Assembly (NCBI GenBank): GCA_951406725.2
Contig: OX597822.1
Coordinates: 72,416,001-72,480,000 of the forward strand
Direction: 5' to 3'
Source: Octopus vulgaris
Lineage: Eukaryota
Length of the DNA: 64,000 bases
The notes beneath the pieces were generated by a model. It did not search any database. It was not told where the DNA came from and saw only the letters and a list, made by a program, of their open reading frames with translations. This document shows positions 1-12,018 of the stretch, piece after piece. How positions within the stretch are numbered: position 1 is the first letter of the stretch; the number at the start of each line of letters is the position of its first letter. Made by a program: the position numbers and the translations under genes.

Positions 1-299
1 CAAGAAACATATTTCGCATTATATATATTTGACGATTCTAGGTTTTATTACGTGTTAATCGTTTAGTTTTCAGCTTGCTGCATCATAAACCATAATGGCT
101 ATTGTTTCCGATGCAGCCTGGATAATTTCAATATCTTTGATAATTCAATGGCGGTGTTTTGATTAAACAGCTAAACATTCTCACGCTGCTGCTTATATTG
201 AAGCTAGCGACAGTAGCTTTCCTTTCTAAAAACAAGCCTCCGAGCTTAGAGAAAACAAATTGGAATTTTGTTGACACAATGGAAGCACTATATGGAATA

Positions 300-926
<627 letters not shown>

Positions 927-1605
927 AAACACATTCATAGACATGCATACACAGTCTTGCACATATACATAACTATATGCGGCCTCTCTTTTCTCTCTAT
1001 TCCTGAACTACCAATGTTGTATGAAGAAAAACAATGAAAAATTACCGCAAATTCCCTTCATACTGTAATTAATTTCATCTGTAATTTTATAATAAATGTT
1101 TATCTTCACATTGTATCTAATTAATTAGGTACAGTTTAAACCATACTGAAGATTTCTAAAAAGAATGACAATGTCTACACATAACTATATCTATCGACTA
1201 GAAATTGTTAGAACTTGGTATGTGAACACTATGTATCTTCTTCCGCGTATTCCTTAATTTCAAACTAAAATTTCTGTCCCCTCTTTGTGTTGTGCAGAGA
1301 TGGTTACCCACTTGTATTTTACAGTCATAACCAGAGGACATCACACACACACGCACACGCACACACACATACAGTAGCGCAGATCCTGATAGGGTAGAAA
1401 GCCAGTGTATTTCTAATGCAGCGCACATCCAAATATCCTGGCTATCTATACTCTCATAGCGGTTTTCGAAAAAAAAAAATATTGAAAGCCCACTGGTGTA
1501 AGTACTCCAGGTATTTCACTGAATAGAAACTCCAGGGATTTTGTTTTACACCGCATAGATGTACAAAGTGAGTACGAAAAAGTAATTCTTTCAGCAATCT
1601 GTGCT

Positions 1606-2106
1606 CTTTTACTCTTTTACTTGTTTCAGTCATTTGATTGTAGCCATGCTGGAGCACCGCCTTTTGTAAGCCTAGTACTTATTCTATCGGTTTCTTTTAC
1701 CGAACCGCTAAGTTACAGGGACGTAAACACACCAGCATCGGTTGTCAAGTGATGTTGGGGAGACAAGCACAGACACACAAACTTATACACACACATACAT
1801 ACATGCGTACACACATGCATACATACATACATACATACATACATACATACATACATACATACATACATACATACATACATACACACACATACACACACAC
1901 ACACTCACACATACACACACACATATATATATATATATACATATATACGACGGGCTTCTTTCAGTTTCCGTCTACCAAATCCACTCCCAAGGCTTTGGTC
2001 GGCCCGAGGCTATAGTAGAAGACACTTGCCCAAGGTGCCCAGTGACTGAACCCGGAACCATGTGGTTCGTAAGCAAGCTACTGACCACACATGCATTCCT
2101 ACACCT
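1606..2106 (-). mobile_element. tRNA-derived SINE family A (CORE-like start, internal microsatellite)
   Basis: Reverse complement of 2775-3239; internal (CATA)n/(CA)n/(TA)n; tail (AGTAAAAG)n. Confidence 0.9.
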
Positions 2107-2244
2107 ATAGGAGTGTGCTGGTTATTTATTTTAAAACAATACTTATTGCGATGAGAAATTGCGTTCATGACATGTAACAATGTAGAATTTAATGCGGTAC
2201 GAGCTGGGACATCGTTGGAGGAAATTGTAGAGTATGTATTTTCT

Positions 2245-2628
2245 GCATTTTACTTGTTACAGTCATTGAACTGCAGACATAATGGGCCGAACAAATCGAT
2301 TCAAGTATTTATTTTTAAAAGTAGCACTTATTCTTTCGGTCTGTTTCGCCGAACCGCTTCGTGAGTGATGCCTAAACAAGCCAATATCTGCTGTGGAGTG
2401 GTATGGAAAATGTGGGGCAGAAACATAGGCACAAAGACTTTTGTATGCACACCCGTGCACAAACATATGCACGACAGGCTTCCACACAACTTCCGTCTAG
2501 CAAATTATCTAACAAAGCATTGGTTTGAGGCTACAGTAGAAAGGACTTAACCAAGCAAGCATGTAACGGGAACCCAAAAGCACGAAGTGGTAAAAGCAAG
2601 CTTCTTAACAGACATTAATGACTGCGCC
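2245..2628 (-). mobile_element. Old, diverged SINE family A copy
   Basis: Degenerate matches: TTACTTGTTACAGTCATT, GCCGAACCGCT, TTCCGTCTA, GAGGCTACAGTAGAA. Confidence 0.7.
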
Positions 2629-2774
2629 TATATGTGATGCTATTTAAGCTCTGTTTAATCTAAAAATAGCCGATACAGTGAGCAATCGAAATGGTAATTA
2701 TATCAGTTATATCCAAAGTTTATGAATAGTACTCAGGCATATCATGCTAAATGATTATAATATTCAACAATGTA

Positions 2775-2935
2775 GGCGCAAGAGTGGCTGTGTAGTAAGT
2801 AGCTTGCTTGCCAACTACATGGTTCCGGGTTCAGTCCCACTGCGTAGCACCTTGGGCAAGTGTCTTCTACTATAGCCTCGAGCCGACCAAAGACTTGTGA
2901 GTGGATTTGGTAGACGGAAACTGAAAGAAGCCCGT

Positions 2936-3012
<77 letters not shown>

Positions 3013-3239
3013 ATGTGTGTGTATATGTTTGTGTGTCTGTGTTTGTTCACCCCCCCATCACTTGACAACCGATGCTGGTGTGTTTACGTCTCCGTAACTT
3101 AGCGGTTCGGCAAAAGCGACCGATAAAATAAGTTCTAGGCTTACAAAAAATAAGTCCTGGAGTCGATTTCCTCGACTGAAAGCGGTGCTCCAGCATGGCC
3201 GCAGTCAAATGACTGAAGCAATTAAAAGAGTAAAAGAGT
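2775..3239 (+). mobile_element. Full-length SINE family A
   Basis: A-box-like TGGCTGTGTAG, B-box-like GGTTCAGTCC, CACCTTGGGCAAGT (CORE-like), internal (TA)n, 3' AAAAGAGTAAAAGAG; more than 10 copies in the window. Confidence 0.92.
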
Positions 3240-3831
3240 GATGAATGAGAATCAACTGAAATGGTTAGGAGCTCAATCAGTCAGCAGCCCCCCCCCTCCT
3301 TCACCCCCCCCCCCCCAAATGGTACTCAACTATAAATGGCAGCTAGGTTACTTGGCTACGTGACAATTAGTCGCTAATTCGATGATAGTTACGTTTCTGT
3401 TGTGTGTAACATTGATTAATTGACCAATTAATAAATGAAAATTTTTTTATCTTATGTTCTTGTATCTTTAAACTTCTACATTAACTGCTTGTCCCAAGCA
3501 TTTATACGCACACAAAAACACAAGGTGCAAAGACACCCGCTGCATGCTCAATGTCGTTCAAGTAGAGAATTATTTTTATTCCTTTTCAGAAATATGGTAT
3601 AAAGAAATCGTTGTCGAAGTGGCATTCGATTTAAATGGATTCGATAGAGAAAGCAGAGGTAAAATATGAAAAGCACTAATGTTTCCATAGTCTATCAGAG
3701 AAAATTATCATCATTTAATACCGCCCGGGTAGCAGAAACGTATGATTTAAGAAGCCTCTAATTATTTCGTCGTTTTGTTTAGTCTTGTCATAACCATATA
3801 TATATATATATATGGTTATGACTATGGAAAC

Positions 3832-3882
<51 letters not shown>

Positions 3883-3954
3883 CAAACACATATATGACTA
3901 CGTGTGTATATATATATATATATATACATATACAAACACATATATGACTACGTG

Positions 3955-3994
<40 letters not shown>

Positions 3995-4140
3995 CTGATG
4001 CGTGCATACATACGTATACATACATACATATACACATACATATATATATACAAGTTATATATGCTTACATATATAACATATATGTTACACACACACACGC
4101 ACACACACACACATTCACTCACTCACTCATTCACACACTC

Positions 4141-4240
4141 ACACTCGCGCACACACACTCACACTCGCGCACACACACTCACACTCGCGCACACACACTC
4201 ACACTCGCGCACACACACTCACACTCGCGCACACACACTC
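4141..4240. repeat. 20-bp minisatellite (ACACTCGCGCACACACACTC)x5
   Basis: Five perfect tandem units inside a CA-rich tract. Confidence 0.95.
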
Positions 4241-4869
4241 ACGTAGTCAAACACATCACATGTATGCGAATATCAGACAGCTCTGTTTGCACATCAATAT
4301 GTATGTGCGTCTGTCAACAATTTCCCTCTGTCCATATCTGTCTCTCTTCCACTTTCTCTCCCTCTCTCTTTCTCTCTGTCTCCTTCCCACCCTCACTCTT
4401 TCTCTCTCTCTGAATTGCTTGTTCATCTGTGTCTTACCGCACGCGCGTGTGTGTGCAAGTATGAGAGTCATAACGAATTCGAGTTCCGACTTCTGTCCAC
4501 CATTGAATTATTGTTCACGCAAATGAGATGCGAGATCAGATATTGCTCGCAGGGTATTCCATTGGAAATCTTTATTCGATCCTCCCTTTAGAAAATGCAA
4601 ATAGCAAATATCTAGTTCTAATAACACATAAATGGATAAATAAATAATAATGGCAAAAACGTAAAGGGCATATATCAATAGCTTCATTCTTACAACAAAA
4701 TAGGACGGAAGTAACTTTCCAAAAGGACTCAGTAGTAAACCAACAACGATTTTTTTATTACTTTCCACCCATTGTAAAGGAATACATACAATATGAGAAT
4801 AATACAGTTACACAAAGAATTACAAAAAAAAAAGAAAATAACTACTACTACTACTACTACTACTACTAT

Positions 4870-4968
4870 TGAAGCATGACTAGTAAACAAGTGTCACCTC
4901 AGTGTGCTGGCTGTGTGGACAGCTGACGCTTTCCACATACCCAAGAAATAAGCTTTGAATTTTCTTAT
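4870..4968 (+). mobile_element. 3' UTR stub of R4/Dong-like LINE
   Basis: GTGGACAGCTGACGCTTTCCA...ATAAGCTTTGA followed by (AAT)n; matches the 3' UTR at 11310-11389. Confidence 0.75.
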
Positions 4969-4985
4969 GATAATAATAATAATAA

Positions 4986-5281
4986 TCACGTGATCACCGT
5001 GACCGACTAGGCTATCAGATGTTGCCACACATCATTGATCACAATGCACTTCGCATTGTTTTAGCCTTCAAGTGACGCCACCCCGCTGGCTAAGCGAGCA
5101 GGCCAACAGAAGAAAGAGTGAGAGAAAGTTGTGGCGAAAGAGTACAGCAGGGATCGCCACCACCAACCCCTACCGGAGCATCGTGGAACTTTAGGTGTTT
5201 TCGCTCAATAAACACTCACAATGCCCGGTCTGGGAATCGAAACAGCGATCCTACGACCGCGAGTCCGCTGCCCTAACCACT
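4986..5281 (-). mobile_element. tRNA-derived SINE family D, tail type 1
   Basis: Minus strand head AGTGGTTAGGGCAGCGGACTCGCGGTC...GTTTCGATTCCC; head and middle shared with 46874-47180. Confidence 0.85.
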
Positions 5282-5312
<31 letters not shown>

Positions 5313-5315
5313 TAA

Positions 5316-5781
5316 TAAAAGATGGGCTACAGCAAATATTCTGCTCAATACCAAAGATTTGCTTGTCTGTTGTTTGATCTTAACCAGTTGAGCATGTCCC
5401 TTAGTGGCTGACGATATGTGCATCTCTGATCACGAGCAGAAGTAGTGGGGGAGCATCATAGCCATGTGTTGAGAGGGATTCTTTGGGGTTTGAATAGTTC
5501 ACCTCTGGAAACATGGGTGGTTCTTTCAACATCCTTAAACAACCCTTATTCAGGGACCGTTTGAGCGGGATGGGCTACTCAACCTGAAGAAAATTCTAAC
5601 TGGGCCCCACCTGCAAGGTCATGTGCTGTTTATCTTGATATGAGATCACCATGTCGCGCACATATGGTTGTGATGCATGTACCTGGTGTACCTTTATCAG
5701 ACGGGTAGTCATGATGGGTATATTGGGCTTCGTATATTTTACCCCAGTGTCACTTTGATGGCATGAACTGCTCTCTCACTC
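5316..5781 (+). mobile_element. (AAT)n-embedded ~555-bp element family C, 5'-truncated
   Basis: Matches 6137-6691 from AAAGATGGG onward; ends CTCTCTCACTC(AAT)n. Confidence 0.9.
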
Positions 5782-5826
<45 letters not shown>

Positions 5827-5838
5827 TAATAATAATAA

Positions 5839-6046
5839 TTCTTTCTACTAAAGGCATAAAGCTTGAAATTTGTGGGCTAAGTCGATCAGATCGACCCCCA
5901 TGTTTTACAGGTACTTTAGTTATCAACCCCGAAAGGATGAAAGGCAGAGTCGACCTCGGAAGAATTTGAACGCAGATCGTAGCGACGAGCTAAATACCGC
6001 TAAGCATTTCGTCCGGCGAGCTAACGATTCTGCCAGCTCGCTGCCT
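5839..6046 (-). mobile_element. SINE family B (Meta-domain-like core)
   Basis: Reverse complement of GGCAGCGAGCTGGCAGAA...CCGAGGTCGACTCTGCCTTTCATCCTTTCGGGG. Confidence 0.85.
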
Positions 6047-6136
6047 TCATCAACAACAATAATTATAATACTGCAAAGTCAACCTCGGCGAGGCAAATCA
6101 TAATAATACTAATAATAATGATAATAATAATAATAA

Positions 6137-6691
6137 ATGTCCCGATGCAGTACCAGGCACTGGCTTTCATGGCTTCTGATCTTAACTGATTGGAAGTGTT
6201 ATCATGTACATTGTTTGGTGTTGATATAAAAGATGGGTTACTGCAAATATTCTGCTCAATACCACAGATTTGCCTGTCAGTTGTTTGGCCATAACCAGTT
6301 AGCATGTCCTTTTGTGGCTGACGATATCTGCATCTCTGATCACGAGTAGAAGTAGTGGGGAAGCATCATAGCCATGAGTTGAAAGGAATTCTTTGGCGTT
6401 TGAATAATTCACCTTTGGAAACATAGATGTTTCTTTCAACATGCTTAAACAACGCTTATCCAAGGACCATTTGATTGAGATGGGCTACTCGACTTGAAGA
6501 AAATTCTAACTGGGCCCCACCTGTAAGGTCATGTGCTGTTTATCTTGACATGAAATCACTATGTCGCGCACATATGGTTGTGATTCATGTGCCTAGTGTA
6601 TCCTTATCAGACGGGTCACCATGAGGAGTATACCGGGCTTGGTATATTTTATTCCAGTGTCACTTTGATGGCATGCACTGCTCTCTCACAC
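6137..6691 (+). mobile_element. Family C element, full length
   Basis: ATGTCCCGATGCAGTACCAGGC...CTCTCTCACAC, flanked on both sides by (AAT)n; six copies in the window. Confidence 0.9.
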
Positions 6692-6699
6692 AATAATAC

Positions 6700-6735
<36 letters not shown>

Positions 6736-6864
6736 TAATAACAATAATAATAATAATAATAATAATATTAATAATAATAATAATAATAATAATAATGATG
6801 ATGATGATGATGATGAATGATGATGAATGATGATGAATGATGATGATGAATGATGATGATGCAG

Positions 6865-7012
6865 CTTCAAGATAAAACACCTACAAAAATCATCATTGCT
6901 TGGAACTACAAGAGTTCTCAGTACAGGTCTTGAAGCGAGATCGTTAAACAAATGTCACCTTAGTTTGTGCAGAGCTGACACTTTCATCATACCCAGCTGA
7001 GAGTTTTCATCA
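6865..7012 (+). mobile_element. R4/Dong-like LINE 3' end fragment
   Basis: Encodes HLQKSSLLGTTRVL, then the same 3' UTR as 11310-11389; between (GAT)n/(AAT)n tracts. Confidence 0.75.
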
Positions 7013-7189
7013 AATGATGATGATAATAATGATAATAATTGTGGAACAGGATCAAAGCTTCCCCATCAGACACCGCCAAAATCACATAATGAAGAGAAAT
7101 ACAATGAATACCTGAACTATATATGGTGGTGTTGGTGGTGATAGTGGGAAGAAACAATAAGTTATATTACGAAGCGGGAACAACATTGC

Positions 7190-7800
7190 AATGAATTATT
7201 TTATCTCTGGCTATCAAGTCCTGCTATGAAGGGATATATCCACAAAAATGACAGAGTCGGGATTTATACACAATGGAAGCTGTGCTGGCACTACGGAATG
7301 ACAACTGAAAAAATCGTTTCAGTATGTCTCAGAAAATGACAAAGCAACCGTACTCTGAGGTATAAGCACAGATAGAGAGATCAAGGCTAATAAGCCAGAT
7401 ATTATCACTAGGGATGTCGAGAAAGAAAATGCCTTCTAATCGGCATATCAGTCACAACAAATGAAAATGTAACTCTAAAAGAAACAAAGAAATTGTTGTT
7501 ATACAAACATCGTGATAAAACGAATGTGGGGCCTGTAAACAGAAACAATCCTCATGATAATAAGTGCATTAGGTATGATTAAAAACCATACAGACAAATA
7601 CATAACCAAAACACCAGGACTTACAAATTTATGTAACATAGAGGAAATAGAACTGCTAGGCACTGTACACGTCCTACAAAAGCACTTTCAATACAATGAA
7701 ACTAATAAGACCCAAACAAACCACTGGACATACCCAAAGCAGTCACAGCTGCGTACGATAATGCAGTGAAAGTACGTGAAAAGAACACGACTACTGATTA
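7190..7800 (+). mobile_element. Degenerate R4/Dong-like non-LTR retrotransposon, RLE endonuclease region
   Basis: Frameshifted peptide ...HKNDRVG..QWKLC...TDREIKANKPDII...IISALGMIKNHTDKYI...LLGTVHVLQK; followed by (AAT)/(GAT)n. Confidence 0.85.
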
Positions 7801-7812
7801 GTAATAAGAATA

Positions 7813-7862
<50 letters not shown>

Positions 7863-9256
7863 AATAATAATAATAATAATAATCGTCCAGTTCCTTATCA
7901 TCCAAAGTTTTGGGCCAAGCAAGATCACGAACAATTTAACCAGCCCTGTGACGCTGATAACCGGCATGGCATGTCCCGTCAGGGGCTGAACTGCAGATTC
8001 GATGGCGTTTTACAATAATGTAAAGAAAATATGGAACACAAAGTTGGAACTAGCCACATTACAGAGAGAAATTTACATAAATAACAATAAATAAATAAAT
8101 AAATGCAAAACAATGGATAAACAGTTTTAGACTAAAAGCAGAAAAGAGGCTTTTATATTAGCTGTGCAGAACTAATATCTAGTCACAAAAAACTACAGAC
8201 ACATGGAGTAGGAAGCTAAATATACCGGGTAATATGTAGACACATGTGAGTGAGAAGGAATATATGGAGCAAACGTGTACTATACACTATATGACAAACA
8301 TGGTGATGTCATCGGTTTGTCCTTGTACCGCTTTGGTTACTTTCCGGTTATGTTATCCTTCTTATGAGACTCTTCCAGTTTGCCTTTATTGGTTCTCTTT
8401 GTTCTCTTCTTAATCATACAATAATAGAGCAATGCTGCTGAGAAGAGAAAAAGGCCATAATTTGCTTTCGTGAGTGATGGCGTATTGGGTCTCCAGTCCG
8501 TCTTGGTTCCGTCACAGACGTTGCTTTGGAGACTGACTCGCGTTCTAATTCGCCTCCTCTTCTTAACTTCAGCTTTTCAGAAATTCCTTAACGCGTTCCT
8601 TAACAACTAAGATTTTGTACTGTATCTTAAGTCTCATGCTCTTCGCTTCTTCACACTCACCTGTTTACAGTTTCCCAATGGCTTTGAATTATTCAAAGTT
8701 CATTAGAGCATTCCAACTACTATTATACACCCCTTCGTGTCACTTCTTCACTGATCATCCACCCAGACGGGAACAGACAATAACAACGAGCCAGGAATCA
8801 TTGTCTTGTCCCCGATGCTCTTCCCAGTCACCCTCTGTAACGCGAATATTTGATCATAAAAAGAAACAAAATGAGTAGATGTGTACCTGAACATTTCCGT
8901 GATCTTCCTCGGTGTTTTTTTCTTTTTGTACCGATTATAAAAACAACCCAGACGAGTTTTGTCGGTTTGAGTAGCGACTTCATTGACTACATCTTCCGCC
9001 ATCAGTTGTTTTGAGGACAACTGAACACTATTTTTTTATTATGCACACATACGTGGACAAACTTTTTAGACGAGAAACTGTCTCACCTCGAATAGTTTTA
9101 CTTGGATGCCACCTTTTGGTTGAGTTTTGCCATATCTGGCGTTTCTGTGATGTTGGGTACACGGGTGGAAGTGCCACTCCTAAAATCGTTGTGTTAACCA
9201 TTTCTCTTAGCATGTGTATGCGTGTGTGTATTTTTGTTTCTTCTTCTTCATGTATT

Positions 9257-9360
9257 TATGTATGTATGTATGTATGTATGTATGTATGTATGTATGTATG
9301 TATGTATGTATGTATGTATGTACGTATGTATGTATGTATTTATGTATGCATGTATGTATG
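9257..9360. repeat. (TATG)n microsatellite
   Basis: Direct reading. Confidence 0.95.
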
Positions 9361-10136
9361 TGTGTATCTGTATGTGTGTGTGTGAATGTTGTGATCATGA
9401 TTGTAGCTGAAAAATCGATAGTTTTGTTCGTGCCTTTGGCATTGTTTATAGAAATGTGAAAAATTTTCTTCATTCTCTATTTTCTTTTATAACGCCTGTC
9501 TTGCTGTAAATAAATTCTTATTCACTTTTTTTTTGGTTTGTATGGCAGTATTCATTTTCATATATTTTTTTCTTTCAAAGGCGTGGCTGCTATTTCTTTC
9601 TTCTAACCATTTTATCCATGTACATAAATAAAGAAAAAAAATTCTTTACCAAAAAAAATAAAATTTTATACGTCTGCAAGGCCAGACTATAAAATTCCAT
9701 AGTATCATTGTTTGCGAATAAATGAATAAATATATAAATAAATAAATAACATTCTATGCTGCCGAATGACTCGTCTTTTCACCAGAAGTCTAATTGCTGG
9801 TTTGTTTAATTTATATCTTACTGTCGTTTATGTCGCGTTATGCACTTCTCCATCAACAGTTTTATGTATTTTTAACAGTGTATGTTGTTGAGGGGTCTTG
9901 CTATGTACTTGGCTGTTGGTGTTGTTACATATCTTGTAGTCATTGTTATTGCAGTTGTTTGTTTTTTGTTGTTTTTCTTGGTGTTTTTATTAAGCTTGGT
10001 TTTCGTGTTTGCGTGAATTCCTGTTCAGTTAGTGCACTTTTGCGGATTTAGATGTTCAGATATCGGTGTTATCTTGCTTTTTTAGTAGATTTTGCTGCTG
10101 TTTCTTTCGTGTTTGCATGTTTAATACTTAAAGGAA

Positions 10137-10682
10137 TAGTGTGGTAAATAGCTTGCTTACGAACCACATGGTTCCGGGTTCAGTCCCACTGCGTGGCACC
10201 TTGGGCAAGTGTCTTTTACAATAGCCTCGGGCCGACCAAAGCCTTGTGAGTGGATTTGGTAGAAGGAAACTGAAAGAAGCCTGTCGTATATATGTGTATA
10301 TATAGGCGGCGAGCTGGCAGAAACGTTAGCATGCCGGGCGAAATGCTTAGAGGTATTTCGTCTGCCGCTACGTTCTGAGTTCAAATTCCGCCGAGGTCGA
10401 CTTTGCCTTTCATCCTTTCGGGGTCGATTAAATAAGTACCAGTTACGCACTGGGGTCGAATTAATCGACTTAATCCATTTGTCTGTCCTTGTTTGTCCTC
10501 TCTGTGTTTAGCTCCTCGTGGGTAGTAAAGAAATACGTATATATGTGTATATATATATGTATGTGTGTGTGTGTTTTTGTGTCTGTGTTTGTCTCCCCAA
10601 CATCACTTGACAACCGATGCTGGTGTGTTTACGTCCCCGTAACTTAGCGGTTCGGCAAAAGAGACCAAAAAGTACTAGGCTT
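10137..10682 (+). mobile_element. SINE family A interrupted by a family B SINE
   Basis: Family A 5' half 10137-10304 and 3' half 10536-10682. Confidence 0.9.
10305..10535 (+). mobile_element. Full-length SINE family B with 20-bp target-site duplication
   Basis: GGCGGCGAGCTGGCAGAA...AGTTCAAATTCC...GTAAAGAAATA; CGTATATATGTGTATATATA is duplicated at 10285-10304 and 10536-10555. Confidence 0.92.
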
Positions 10683-10685
10683 AAA

Positions 10686-11387
10686 TTGGTACGACCACAA
10701 ACTCTTAGGCATCATCGAAAATGATAATGCAAACATCATGTGGGATTCAGTGCGACCATAAGATAGAGTATAGGAAGCCTGATATAGTTTTAATTGGGAA
10801 AGAAAACAAACTATACTGGATCATAGATATAGCATGCTCAGCTGGCAATAATGATCCATTGGGAGGTCTGTAGAAATCGCGGCCTACACAGAGGAAAGAT
10901 GTGGTATAAGCTAACTCCTGAAGGAGTCATCGAAAATGAAAATTGCAAAATCCTGTGAGATGCAATTATCCAGTGCGATCACCCGACCAGACATCGGGGA
11001 CTGGACATTGTTGTAGTGAATTAAAAAGTAAGAGCATGTAAGATAATCGGCATAGCATGTCGCGGGAACAACAGGATCAATGTGAAAGAAGAACGAAAAA
11101 TAAACTACTGTGCCTATTTAAAGCGGGGAATATGAAGGTTGTGGTCAGTGAAGAGAGTAGACGTGATACCAATAGTAATTGGTGCACTTGGAAGTATCAG
11201 CATTCAACTACCAACATGGCTGAAAAAGATTGGTGCAAGTGTGAACGTATAACACCCACAAAAATCAGCATTGCTTGGAATCTGCAAGAATTCTTGCAGG
11301 GTTCTTGAAGCAAATGTTACCTTAGGCTTCTGGTTGTGGACAGCTGACACTTTCCATGATACCCAGCAAAATAAGCTTTGAGTTTTC

Positions 11388-11389
<2 letters not shown>
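10686..11389 (+). mobile_element. Two tandem R4/Dong-like LINE RLE-domain fragments plus 3' UTR
   Basis: WYDHK..IIEND..IMWD..RKPDIVLI..WIIDIAC, then WYKLTPEGVIENENCKIL..VIPIVIGALGSI..QKSALLG; ends in long (AAT)n. Confidence 0.88.
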
Positions 11390-11471
<82 letters not shown>

Positions 11472-11494
11472 CAGCAACAATAATGATAGTAATA

Positions 11495-12018
11495 ATGCCC
11501 TGATGCAGTTCAAGGCACTGGCTCTCATGGCTTTTGATCTTAACTGATTTTAAGTGTTATGTACATTGCTTTGTCTTGGTATAAAATATGGGCTACAGCA
11601 AATATTTTGCTCAATATCACAGATTTGCTTGTCACTTGTTTGACCTTAACCAGTTGAGCATGTCTCTTAATGGTTGACAATATGTCCATCTCTGATCACA
11701 AGTGGGGAAGCATCATAGCCATGTGCTGAGAGGAATTCTTTTTAGAATTTGAATAATGGACCTGAAGGCATGTATGTTTCGTTTAACATCCTTAAACAAC
11801 GCTTATTCAGGGACTTTTTGAACGGGATGGGCTACTCAACCTGGAGAATAAAATTCTAACAGGGCTCCACCTGCAAGTTCATGCACTGTTTATCTTGCTA
11901 TGAGATCACCATATCGCGCACATATGGTTGTGATGCATGAGCCTGGTGTACCCTTATCAGACGGGTAATCGTTATAGGTATACTGGGCTTCGTATATTTT
12001 ACCCCAGTGTCATTTTGA
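11495..12018 (+). mobile_element. Family C element (3' end lost)
   Basis: Collinear with 6137-6691; starts in the (AAT)n tail of the preceding LINE. Confidence 0.88.

Noticed and set aside
3590-3658. Possible 69-bp plus-strand exon (IWYKEIVVEVAFDLNGFDRESR)
   Set aside because: Good acceptor but weak donor (GTAAAA) and no partner exons.
4141-4240. Regular repeats as a possible CRISPR array
   Set aside because: Contiguous tandem units without spacers, eukaryotic context, no cas genes.
8300-9020. Possible very old RTE reverse transcriptase relic (DQIFALQRV)
   Set aside because: Only one short motif; other RT motifs are not recoverable.
9100-9190. Possible HDV-like ribozyme (CAC-TTCCACCC-GTG) on the minus strand
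   Set aside because: Could not build convincing P1, P2 and P1.1 pairings by eye.
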